Part shown: piece by piece, positions 24,155 to 35,112 of the stretch
Position numbering within the stretch: position 1 is the stretch's first letter
How the letters are laid out: every line of letters begins with the position of its first letter
DNA from: Azolla caroliniana
Taxonomy: Eukaryota > Plantae > Polypodiophyta
Reading direction: 5' to 3'
DNA: 64,000 nucleotides
NCBI GenBank assembly: GCA_043228905.1
Contig: JBHGNT010000126.1
Location: forward strand, 8,682-72,681
Program-made: the position numbers and the translations under genes
Notes under the pieces: model-generated
The model's input: the letters and a program-made list of their open reading frames with translations, nothing else
Told to the model about the DNA's origin: nothing
The model's database searches: none

Positions 24155-25441
24155 ATGGAGAGAGGAGAAGGGAGTCAGTCACAGGAAGATGATGCAATCA
24201 CAGACAACATATCGCTTCCCAATATGCTCAGGTCTAGTTCCTGTATTTAATTGTTTTGGCTAATTATTCTTCTTTGATCAAAACTTAAACCTTGTTTTCC
24301 AGGCTGCTTGAACAAGAGGAAGCTGTCCTCATCCAGATGCAGAGCAAGCTCTCGGATGAGCTTCATCGTATTCAAGTGAAAACCATCATCTTCTTGCAGT
24401 TTTCTACTATTTCTCATGTGGTCAGTTTAAAAGGATTTTTCTCATCGTATCCTTTGTTTCTCCACAGGTTGAAGAGCATGTCTTTCTGCATGCCCTCAAA
24501 ATTCTAGGTGAGAAGCATAGTAACAAGGTGTGTGTCCCCTCTATATCCTTATTGAAAGTTTACATTCTTCTTTGATAGATGGCTTTATACATGGATTTCA
24601 TAGAGGTAGGGCAAAATGGTTTCCTTTTTCAATATATGTTTTATTTGAATTTAAAATATCTTGGAATTTATTCTTGGCCTTCTTCTTTGCCAAAATTTAT
24701 ACAGATCGATTATGTGCTTTGGATTAAGACAACCACTGTTTGATAGATGATAAGAGACATCCCTATCATCCTTTAATCATACACCAATTATCGCTGAATA
24801 CATTGTTAATGAGTATCACTATTATGTGCACCTATCTCAACATGATTCTAGTCAATTACAACGATAGCACGTGGATTTAGGTTATTGTACGTTTAAGTAT
24901 GATTCTGTGGTGAAACTTGGTTCCACTATCACAGAGTCGCCGGAATGTTTGAATGTTGAATCAATATCAAACTGGGTTTGGGATCTCTAGCACAGTTGAA
25001 ATATCACCCAAGGGCTTGAGGCTGGTCTAATTCATGACTGTTTTACCTAGGGGAATTGCTTGTTAGTCTTCCTGTACTGTGCTACAGATTTAGCCTTTAA
25101 GAAACTATTTGGTGCCAACTATATTCAATTTCCCATGCAATATATTGTGTACCTTTGTGCCACCTTTTTAGCAAGCAAAAAGGTACAGGACAATATCCAT
25201 TTATATTATTAAATATTTTCTGGTTAACTAAATAATAGCAACTGGTAAATTTAGGCCTATATTAACAATGCAAAGCATTTTTCTCAGTCTATAGAAGTGA
25301 GGTTTCAAAACTGTTTTGCAGGAAAGTGATAAGAATGGGGATGAAGATGATGAGTTGATTGAAGCCATTGAGGAAGCATTGCTTGAAGAGGGAGATGTCA
25401 TGCATGATGTGATTATAGAAAATGATGAAAAGTCTTTTTAA
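24155..25441 (+). CDS. SNAPC5/SNAP19-like small coiled-coil protein, 109 aa, 4 coding exons
   Basis: Exons 24155-24231, 24303-24375, 24468-24527 and 25322-25441 join in frame with GT-AG introns: MERGEGSQSQEDDAITDNISLPNMLRLLEQEEAVLIQMQSKLSDELHRIQVEEHVFLHALKILGEKHSNKESDKNGDEDDELIEAIEEALLEEGDVMHDVIIENDEKSF*. The core matches the recalled SNAPC5 pattern EExxLxxxxxxLxDxLxRxxVEE and is followed by an acidic tail. Confidence 0.75.
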
Positions 25442-26910
25442 GAGGTGGGATGAAGCTACAGGTGTACAGTACCAGGTCTTAATTTGTGGATGATATGAAT
25501 TATAATTATTCTTTCGTGTGGAATTCTCTCTCTTGTTAACACTGTCAAGGACCCTCAATTTGATAGAATTTTAGTCTTCATTAGAGTAAGTGGATTCACA
25601 CACCTCATAATGGTATTTTCGTTGTTGTTCAATCCCACAATTGCACCTTGTCTTTGTATGGACTAGCTTGTAACTACGTGTATAGCACTCATGTTGAATC
25701 CTTTAAAGTTGTGTGTTGCCAGGAATCCATACTTCACGGGACCTTTGCAACCCATAATAGAATGATCATTTTTCTTAGTTTCTTATCCTGAAGGTTGATT
25801 TTTAAACTTGGTTGTATCTTACTTTTTAATCACTACATCTTCTTGAGTGATTGACAATATGAAATATTAACAATCGCAATGCCACAATAGAAGTGTGGTG
25901 GAGTCTTAACATAGAGGTATTACGATTGGAATATTTGTTTCGTATGTGTATATGGTTGCACAAATCCTAACATGTATGATATTTTAGCATCACCAATTAT
26001 TAGAATGGCACAATTAATCAATGTCAACATCATCGGTAAGCCATGGGAACTGAGACATACAACAAGTACTTAACAAAATGGTTGGATATATTTTCTCACA
26101 TGTCCTTAACTTCTCAATATGCCTTTGGTGGATAGAGTATCCAAGGGATAATCACACAATTAGGAGAGGAGCACATTGTTAAAGTTCATTTAATCTTCAC
26201 CACTTTTCTTAGGGTGGGTTTAGGTGAGGTCTTTAGCTAATCATGATATTATGAGAGAAAAAAATCCATTTTAACACTTGTATATACAATGTTTTTAAGG
26301 ATTCATTATCGCATATTTACCCAATTGGCACTATTGTTAAATTCCCTCTAACTACAAGAAAGGTTAAGGTTGTTCAAACTAGACATGCCATTTACATGTG
26401 TTTGCCGAAATTTTAAATGTTTTTTGCTAAGCGTAGTATTCACAATTAGTTCATGATTTGGGAGTAGTTGTTGGTTATTTGTCTTGTTTGATGGGTGAGG
26501 TTATGGACAACATGGATATAATGTAATCATTCGGTGGAGTGTTCAACCAATGTGCTTTAGAAATCACTCACACAACCTACATGATCCAAAAGTTAATATA
26601 TGTCAATGTCTCGAGTTTGAGATCTACATATGGGGAACCTATTGAATATGTCCTAATACTTAAATGCATGTGTATATCTATGTTTGGTTATTTCATACTA
26701 ATGTTAGGAATCGTAGAGATCCATGGGATAGAAGGATGCTAGTGATGGATTGTAGGAAGACTAAACGTGGAGTAGACTCTATTGTGTCAGGTTCTTTGGG
26801 TTATCAACTCACCAACCAACGAAATAGCTTGCAAGTGTGCATGATGAGCTAAAAGAGTCTCTAGTCAATTTGGTTCTATTTTCATGAGATTTCATACTTG
26901 ATGTATGCAT

Positions 26911-26911
26911 G

Positions 26912-26939
<28 letters not shown>
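26911..26939. repeat. (CA)n microsatellite
   Basis: About 14 CA units. Confidence 0.95.
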
Positions 26940-26942
<3 letters not shown>

Positions 26943-27071
26943 GGAACAATATGTGCACGGTTGGGGTGGTTATGAAGGATAGTACATTGTGGTATGATTT
27001 GTTGTCACATTGGATATCCAATTATGGTGGAAGTTTCTAATGCGAAACTTATTGAGTGGGTATCTAAATAT

Positions 27072-28852
27072 TGTGAAATGCACATAAGAGATCAAAACCA
27101 GTCTACTTAGCTTCTTACTTCTTAATCAATTTATAGTTGATACAACGGAACCCATTTGGGTTGGCTTGGCTAAAAAGGGTGAGCTAAAAGGGTTGCAAGA
27201 GAACGAGGAATTTATGAAGCTTGTTATATGGTGGCAACATGTGGTAGAGGTTGGTTACCATTCCATCTCATATTTAAAGCTAAGGTGTTCATGTAAATAG
27301 CCATTAATTGGGGGTTTGTCCTAATGCGACGCCTTAAGAAAGCAAAATATTGTTGTTGGAAAAAAATAAATATATAGTTGATACAACGGAACCCATTTGG
27401 GTTGGCTTGCCTAAAAAGGATGTGCTAAAAGGGTGGGTCAACTTGGGTACGTGCATCCTAAAAAGGGTGAGCTGAAAGGAACACATGCACACCACATTTC
27501 CCCCTTGCGAGAAACAAGAGATTGAGGGGCATGAACAAGAACATGGCAAGAACAGTGGCGTGTCGAAGGAGAGGGAGCATTTGATGGCAGGTTTCAAATA
27601 TAAATCCATGGATGATTCTAGTGCGAGGCGAGGGTTACACCCATAGAGCGCTCGAAAAGGGTTGATTTATGTAGCCATCTCGTGTTTGAGGGTCTTGTTG
27701 AGGACAAGAACAAGAAACAATGGCGTGTCGAAGGAGGGGGGGATTTGATGACAGGTTTCAAATATAAATACATGGATGATTCTAGTGTGAGGCGAGGGTT
27801 ACACCCATAGAGTGCTCGAAAAGGGTTGATTTATGCAGCCATCTCGTGTTTGAGGGTCTTGTTGAGGCGTTCGGTGAAGATGACGTGGGGATGTAAACAT
27901 CTACGGACACGTAGTTGAGTTGCAACGACATTAAGGACATCCCCGTGGAACTGTTGGCCTTGATAGTTGGATGGGGCTAGTGACGGAAAACGAGCTATCA
28001 ATCGGCGAATAGAGATCAATCACTCCTGTGGATTGAGGGTCACTTGGACTTTGTTGAGGTGGGGGACAGGAGGGCTATCGTGTCGGAGGGGGATCGAGGA
28101 AAGATCATATGGCAATGAAGATCAATCGCTCCTGTGGACTGAGGGCCACCTAGACTTGGTTGAGGTGGGGGACAAGAGGGCTATCGTGTCAAAGGGGGAT
28201 CGGGGAAAAGATCATTTGGCAAAGAAAGATCAATCACTCTTGTGGACTAAGGGCCACCTGGACTTGGCTAAGGTGGGGGACAGGAGGGCTATCGTGTAGG
28301 AGGGGGATCGAAGAAACTCATGGGACAAGAAGTTAGTGGGCAACCTAAGGTGAGGGGGAAGAGTTGGTGGGGCAAGACATAAAAGTGGTGTGAGAAAGTG
28401 AGAGTGTCTAAGGTGAAGGTGGAATGGGCTTGTGTGCTAGAGAGGTATAGATGGCGATCGCAAAAAAAGACTTGGATGGAGGAAGCGATGGATGTCGGGA
28501 GGCCTAACTAGTGAACTAAGGTGGTACTAATGGAAGAGATACTACTACAAGAGACTAACAAGAGTGTCGGTGACGGTGGCGAGGGCAATGCTACCTACAA
28601 AGCGGAAGAGGTGGATGCTTGGATGTGGGGGGTGGTACCCGTCATCTCCACCAATATGTGAAATGCACATAAGAGATCAAAACCAGTCGACTTAGCTTCT
28701 TACTTCTTAATCAATTTATAGTTGATACAACGGAACCCATTTGGGTTGGCTAGGCTAAAAAGGGTGTGTTAAAAGGGTGGGTCAACTTGGGTACGTGCAT
28801 CCTAAAAAGGGTGAGCTAAAAGGGTGACACAAAGGAACACATGCACACCACA
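27072..28852 (-). mobile_element. Non-autonomous LTR retroelement (TRIM/LARD-like) with tRNA-Ala PBS
   Basis: TG...CA LTRs at 28657-28852 (196 bp) and 27072-27496 (rearranged). PBS TGGTGGAGATGACGGGTA (minus, 28636-28653), PPT AAGGGGGAAA (minus, 27497-27506), flanks ATAT/ATAT. No recognisable coding domains. Confidence 0.8.
27533..28312. repeat. Internal tandem repeats of the LTR element (2 x ~165-170 bp; 3 x ~108 bp)
   Basis: Units containing TGGCGTGTCGAAGGAG...GAGGGTCTTGTTGAGG at ~27533-27704 and 27705-27867. Units starting AGATCAATC(A/G)CTC(C/T)TGTGGA at ~28013, 28119 and 28227. Confidence 0.85.
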
Positions 28853-30026
28853 ATATATTTGGAAGATAAGTTTATATATTGGAGGTCTCAATTTTGGCCT
28901 TCTCATGTATAGCTTAAGGTAGTCCAATCTATTAAGATCTCTATGGTATCTTATTATCTTCCTTTGCTACCATAGTCAAAGAAAGCTCTTGAAATGTTGT
29001 CACACTCACGAAGGATGTTATGGAAGAGAGAGGGAAAGTGTCATGTGTTGGTTGACATGGGGATCATGCTTGTACTCCAAAATATATTGGTAGGGCATCA
29101 TTATTTAATTTCTATGAGGATATGGTGTCTCATCAATTTACCTTCATTCGATTTATGTTTGAGGGTGTACAACCTTGGATGGAAATGATGATATACTTGA
29201 TAGAGAAGACATGGATTCAACCTGGAATGACGACGATTGAAGCTAATGAGTGGAATGACGTTAATTCTAAATGGGATGTAAAATGTGCAAGGTTTTTTAT
29301 AGCCAATCATTTATTTACATATTGGCAAAGTATGCCAGTAAACTATTGGTCATTTATTGTACAACATCCTCCACGAGAAGGGGATGTGCCAATGATTACT
29401 GTAAAGAATCAAGAGATGGATTTTGTGCAGCGGAATAGATATGAACTGTGTGTGAGAGAGAGAGAGTGTGTGTGTGTGTGTGTGAGAGAGACAAGGAGTA
29501 AGACACAGAGAATACGCAAGATAAAGTATATTAACAAAGGAGAAAGACTCAACATTATACAAGGTGGGAGGAGGGTGCTTTATATAGTCACCCTCTCTCT
29601 TCATTAACTACAAGACTCATGGAGCATGGGGAATGTGAAAGCTCATAAGTTATGTGTTATAGAATATAATTCTATGACTTATACTAAATGCTAGAATACA
29701 AAGTGGTGACATAATGGTGACTCTTGACCGTTGGAGTGTCTATTCACTCTCAAGGTGAGTTCACACACTAGACCAAGTTGAGCTTGATTCTCAACATGCC
29801 CCCTCAAGCTCAAGTCGGGTCGGTTTCAGACGGTATCCGAAATCCACTTCGACTCGCGTTCCGGAGTCCGCGTCGACTTGTATTTATGCGGAGTTGCGGA
29901 ATCCGTGCTCCAACTTGTGTTGTGCGTACTTGCGAAGTCTGTGCTTCGGCTTTGCGTCTTCCTTCGCGACTTTGCGCGGTAGATCGGCTCTTCGCGGATT
30001 CGTTGCGCGGTTGCGGAATCCACGTG

Positions 30027-30476
30027 TTATTGCGTAGTGTCTTCAGTACTCCCCCTCAAGCTTGCCAGGTCAGGGGTCGTCAATTTGAGATCGGTCATGA
30101 ATTGACATAGCTTGTCGGCGGCTCCTAAGGCTTTAGTGAAGATGTCGGTTGTTTGAAGATTGATGCTAATGTGTTGTTGGTCGACATCGCCAGCTAGAAC
30201 GCGCTCTCGGATGAAGTGATAGTGCACTTCGATGTGCTTTGTCAACGTGTGGAACACCGGGTTCCGAGCCAGATAGATACTGCTCATGTTGTCGCAGTAA
30301 AGGGAAGTCAGATCCTTGATGGGTACACCCAGATCCTTGAGTATCCTTTTGAGCCATGCGGCCACTGCCGCACCCCTGTATTCCGCCTCTGTGCTCGAAA
30401 GAGCGACGGTTGGTTGTTTTTTGCTACTCCAGGATATTGCTCCGTTGCCGAGGGAAAAAATAAATCCGGAGGTTGA
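30027..30476 (-). pseudogene. Copia RNase H C-terminal fragment
   Basis: STSGFIFSLGNGAISWSSKKQPTVALSSTEAEYRGAAV...WLKRILKDLG...YCDNMSSIYLARNPVFHTLTKHIEVHYHFIRE...DIFTKAL. Confidence 0.93.
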
Positions 30477-30479
30477 TAT

Positions 30480-31225
30480 ATTCCTCGTTGGCTTCCGTTT
30501 TGCGGCCGAAATTGGGAGTTGTTATTGTAGGTCAGACCTCGTCTACCTTGTCCTTGGTCGAATCGGCCTCTCGCTCGTCCGCGTCCTCTTCCTCCGTTTG
30601 AGTGCGTGTAGAGCATGTGGCCTTCCGACTCATTGCTCCTTGTACGCACGTGGTTTTCTTCGACCAATAACATTGATTGGAGCTCGAAGAAGGAGGGAGA
30701 TTTCTCCCTTGCTAGAACGACGGTTCACATCGCGCCGAACCGTGGTGCGAGGCCGCTGAGGCATATTTGCACCATCTCATCATCATTGATATTTACGCTT
30801 ATCGAGTCAAGCGAGTCACAAAGCTCCTTGATCTTCAAGGTGTATGTCGTGATGGACATGTCCCTTTGTTGAATGTTGTTCAACTCTTGGCGGAGTTGAA
30901 GCCTTCTTGCAGTTGTGTTCGCCGCAAAAATCTTTCGTAGATTTTCCCATGCCTCCTTCGGCGTCTTGGCTTCGCGAATGTAGCCGAGCATGTGATCGTG
31001 AACACATGTCGCCAAGCAATACATCACGCGGCTTGCGGCTTGCCCCCATGTCGCGTATCTGGGAGCCATTTCGACGGGTCGGTATTCGTGCACTCCTTTG
31101 ATGTAGCTCCAATAGCCTTGTCCGACAAGGTATTGTATTGGTGCATCTTGTACTCCCAAGATGCGAAGTTGTTTCAATCCAACTTCTCGGTAGGGAGAAC
31201 ACTCCCCATTCGAGTATTCATTATG
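30480..31225 (-). pseudogene. Copia gag (UBN2-type), frameshifted
   Basis: QYLVGQGYWSYIKG...EAKTPKEAWENLRKIFAANTTARRLQLRQELNNIQQRDMSITTYTLKIKELCDSL, followed by an RG-rich segment; contains stops and frameshifts. Confidence 0.9.
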
Positions 31226-32494
31226 TCGATTCTTCTTCTCTCTTCAAATGCGAGCTATGTAGCGATGCTACGATAGCGATGAGCCGGTTCTTGGTCGTCG
31301 GTGTAGGACACAACACACGCGGATGGGCTAGATTGAGCTACCAAGTCGCTTTGATACCATGTAAAGAATCAAGAGATGGATTTTGTGCAGCGGAATAGAT
31401 ATGAACTGTGTGTGTGAGAGAGAGAGAGAGTGTGTGTGTGTGTGTGAGAGACAAGGAGTAAGACACAGAGAATACGCAAGGTAAAGTATATTAACAAAGG
31501 AGAAAGACTCATTATTATACAAGGTGGGAGGAGGGTGCTTTATATAGTCACCCTCTCTCTTCATTAACTACAAGACTCATGGAGCATGGGGAATGTGAAA
31601 GCTCATAAGTTATGTGTCATAGAATATGATTCTATGACTTATACTAAATGCTAGAATACAAAGTGGTGACATAATGGTGACTCTTGACCGTTGGAGTGTC
31701 TATTCACTCTCAAGGTGAGTTCACACACTAGACCAAGTTGAGCTTGATTCTCAACAATTACAAATGGAGGTTTTAGCGACATCGAGGTTGTTGAGGTGGG
31801 AAGGTAAACTTCTTAACCTTCAATTAAACTAGATAGCTAGATTCGGTTTGGTAATAGTCAATAATGTTATGTTGGTGTTACAAAGAAGATTAATGGCCTT
31901 TCGAACAACAAGATTAACATTTCATATTCTAAGGAAGTTATACCTTTATTTGGGAAAAGTTGGAAGGATGATTATTGTTGTATGAACCAATTTTTTATTT
32001 AGATGGTGGACCTCATGAGCTTTATTGAACATTTGATGGAAATAGGAGATTGATAGTAATATCAACAAATGATGTTAATCCAAAGTTGATTGACACATAC
32101 GAGTGGATGGAAGAAAGGGTATTAAAGATATAGGGTTTTTGTAAGACCATTACTTGGTGGTTTCATGTGATGAAGGCAAGTTGGTGTTCTTAATTGATGC
32201 TACGAGTTAACATATTTATTTGGAGAGTTATGGTAGGACTTCTTTTTGTGACAGGGCAATTGTCCAGGCTCGGGAGGGAATCATGAAATCTCAACCATGA
32301 AGAGAGAGAAATTTGCAAGGTCAGATATTTCATGATGAGTTCGTAGTGGTAGTAATAGTAGTATTTAGATCCCTAGAAGGGTTTTCTAACTTCTATATGT
32401 ACATAGATACTTCTGTGTTGTAAGTTATGGTGGTGGTGTTTCTTCTTTCATAATTAAAGCCATTATTTACGAAAAAAGGAAAGAGAGACGGCAA

Positions 32495-32528
32495 AAGAAG
32501 AAGAAGAAGAAGAAGAAGAAGAAGAAGA
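32495..32528. repeat. (AAG)n microsatellite upstream of the UBA2-like gene
   Basis: About 11 AAG units. Confidence 0.9.
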
Positions 32529-32653
32529 GATGCGATTTCCCGCCCAAACCATATGTGAAAAATAAAAAACAAAATTATATGTATATCATATATGTACTTA
32601 AATAAATACACATAATAAAACTGTGTTATAAAAAAAGAGAAGATTTTACGCTG

Positions 32654-32742
32654 TAGGGTTTCGCCGCGAGAACAGAACGCACAGAAAGAGCGAGAAGATA
32701 TAGACGGAAGGGCAGGAGAAGAGAAGAAGCTAGCTAGGGTTT
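32654..32742. promoter_or_regulatory. Telo-box motifs (TAGGGTTT) in the promoter/5'UTR of the RRM gene
   Basis: TAGGGTTT at ~32654 and ~32735; such motifs are typical of plant translation and RNA-processing genes. Confidence 0.55.
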
Positions 32743-32891
32743 CTTAGATAACTGGGTACTCAGAAAGAGCTACATAGACAAGAGACAGGTACAGAGAACA
32801 GAGCACAAGAGAAACACCTAGAGAGAAACAAGAGGAAAGAAAATTGCGCACGTTCTAGAGATAGGGAGAGAGAGAGAGAGAGAGAGAAGAT

Positions 32892-35112
32892 ATGGTGATG
32901 GATCCTTTAACCAGCCCGTTAGATACCAAGAAACGAAAGCTCGAAGAGAACAATAACAGCAATGGAGCGATGCCGACTATACTTCCTTGCGAACCTACCC
33001 TAACTACAGAGGAATCACCAACTTGTGCAGACAACCTGACCGACAATCATAACGTTGTTGATGCCAGGATCCCATCATACTTATCCCGCCCTGATGTCCG
33101 CCTTATGGTTGACCTTTTGTCCAAGGAAGACCTTGCCCATCTTCTTGTTGAAGCTTCCCTTCTACACCTCGATGTCCTTGATGGCGTTCGGGAGCTCGCT
33201 GACCGTGATCCTGCCCATCGTAAGATATTTGTCCGTGGCCTTGGGTGGGAAACCGACACTGTTAGCCTCCGAGACACATTCTCTGAGTTTGGTGAGCTTG
33301 AAGAAGCCATTGCCATCATGGATCGCAACACGGGTACGTGTTATTTTATGAGCAAACTACCTTCTTTATTTATCATGCTTGGAAAATTAGAAATTGTTCA
33401 GGATGACCATGAGTTACATGTTTTTCTTTAAGTTATTGTTCAATTAACATCAGGAAAATTTGAAATTTTTATAGGAATTTACTAGAAAACTGTATGTACT
33501 TTCTTGCACATTTCATGGGAATACCCAAAAAAATTGCATATTTCTAACAAAATTTGTTTCTTTCTGCATGAGATAATAGGAAATTATTTGCGTATATCTA
33601 TTTAGGCATGCATACATCCATCCTAACGTATACATACATACGTAAAGATATATGTTGGTGACTTATGCATTAAGCAATCACATGGTGGGGAAGAATATCA
33701 CAATTTTCTGGGATTTTTAAATTTTTTTTTTATAAATTCTTATGGCTTGTCTCTTTTATACATATAATAAAAGGAAATGGGAAATCATCACAATACATGT
33801 TTTAGAGTATTTGTGCATTCTGATCAGTTTTTTTATTATTTCTAAATGAAGAGATCTTAATTTTTCAGCCACTACCAAAGATTTAGCGGAACTTATCAGA
33901 TGTATGACATAGACTTCCTTAATGCTGGAAATAGTTTGAAATTATGAAGAAATACCATATAGGCGTAGGCATTTATTAAAGTCATGAAATAACCAAAAAA
34001 ATTTGAAAAAATACCCCAAATTAGAGGAAATCGTAATGAGATTTTTGTATTTTTATTGAACACTTATTAGTGCCGAAGTGAATGAGACTGTCTTTTTGCC
34101 AGGTAAGAGTCGAGGATATGGCTTTGTAACTTTTAAACACATTGATGGTGCAATTAATGCACTCAAAGAACCAAGCAAACGCATTGATGGGCGAATCAGT
34201 GTATGCCAACTTGCTACCCAAGGCTCCAGTGGGTCATCTCAGCCTCCACAAGACTTAGCAACAAGAAAAATCTATGTGGGTAATGTTCCTTTGGACTGGC
34301 CAGTGGATGAACTTTTGAGCATATTTGCCCAATATGGAGATATCGAGGAGGGCCCACTTGGTCTTGATAAGCAGGTGGGTAAAGTGAGAGGGTTTGCTCT
34401 CTTTATCTACAAATCATCTGAGTCGGCAAAAAGAGCTCTTGAGGAGCCTGTGAAGACTGTCAACGGGCATCAGCTTTTTTGCAAGCTTGCGATTGAAGGT
34501 GCAAAACAGAGGGCAGCCATTCAGCATAGTGGTGGACAACCTGAGATGAGTGAGCTAGCCAATACAGGCGGCCACCCATATGGTCAATATGCTGCGGGTC
34601 CTTCTCAAAGCATGATGGCAGCACAAGGAATTCCATACAACCAAAATACTGATCCGGGAATGCATGCTGGATTGAGCCAGAGCCAGAGTGTGAACCCTAA
34701 TGTGGTTATGCCAATGCAGTGCCGACCTATAGGGAGTAATTCATCCATGCCTTCAGCCATGAATAATGTTCCTCATCACTGGCAAGCCGGGGCTAATACT
34801 ACTCTGCAAAAGGGAGCTCCTATAGGGATGACACCACATGATCCATATGGTCAGCAGCAAACGATGTCTTATCCAGGGATGTATGCGAGTGTAGGAACTC
34901 CATTATCATCATATAATCCAGGATCGGTTGTATCAATGGGTTCTCAGACTCCAGTTGTTCAAGGACAGTATGGCATGCCTTCTTATCAAAGCCAACATCT
35001 ATCGGGGCCTTACCAGAATACACAAACTCAGCAGCAGGATGCAATAGCATCATCTGGGCCTCGAGTCCCACAGATAGGAGGAGTTCCGTCAATACCCTAT
35101 TATGGAATGTAA
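32892..35112 (+). CDS. UBA2: UBP1-associated protein 2 (UBA2)-like double-RRM hnRNP protein, ~483 aa
   Basis: Exons 32892-33333 and 34103-35112 (phase-1 GT-AG intron). Motifs ADRDPAHRKIFVRGLGWET, GKSRGYGFVTF, RKIYVGNVP and GDIEEGPLGLDKQVGKVRGFALFIYK, followed by a Q/P/G/Y-rich tail. Confidence 0.93.

Larger units (their letters stand above)
29400..31756 (-). mobile_element. Ty1/copia LTR retrotransposon, internally deleted (2357 bp), recent insertion
   Basis: 397-bp TG...CA LTRs at 29400-29796 and 31360-31756 with ~5 substitutions plus microsatellite slippage, and a 5-bp TSD ATTAC. PBS TGGTATCAAAGC (tRNA-iMet type, 31348-31359) and PPT next to 29797. Confidence 0.97.

Noticed and set aside
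16686-25441. Functional cluster of tRNA gene and SNAPC5-like gene
   Set aside because: tRNA genes use internal A/B-box promoters rather than SNAPc; the proximity is probably coincidental.
29350-31564. Duplicated small ORF MKREGDYIKHPP as a gene pair
   Set aside because: Both lie within the two LTRs and read through microsatellites.
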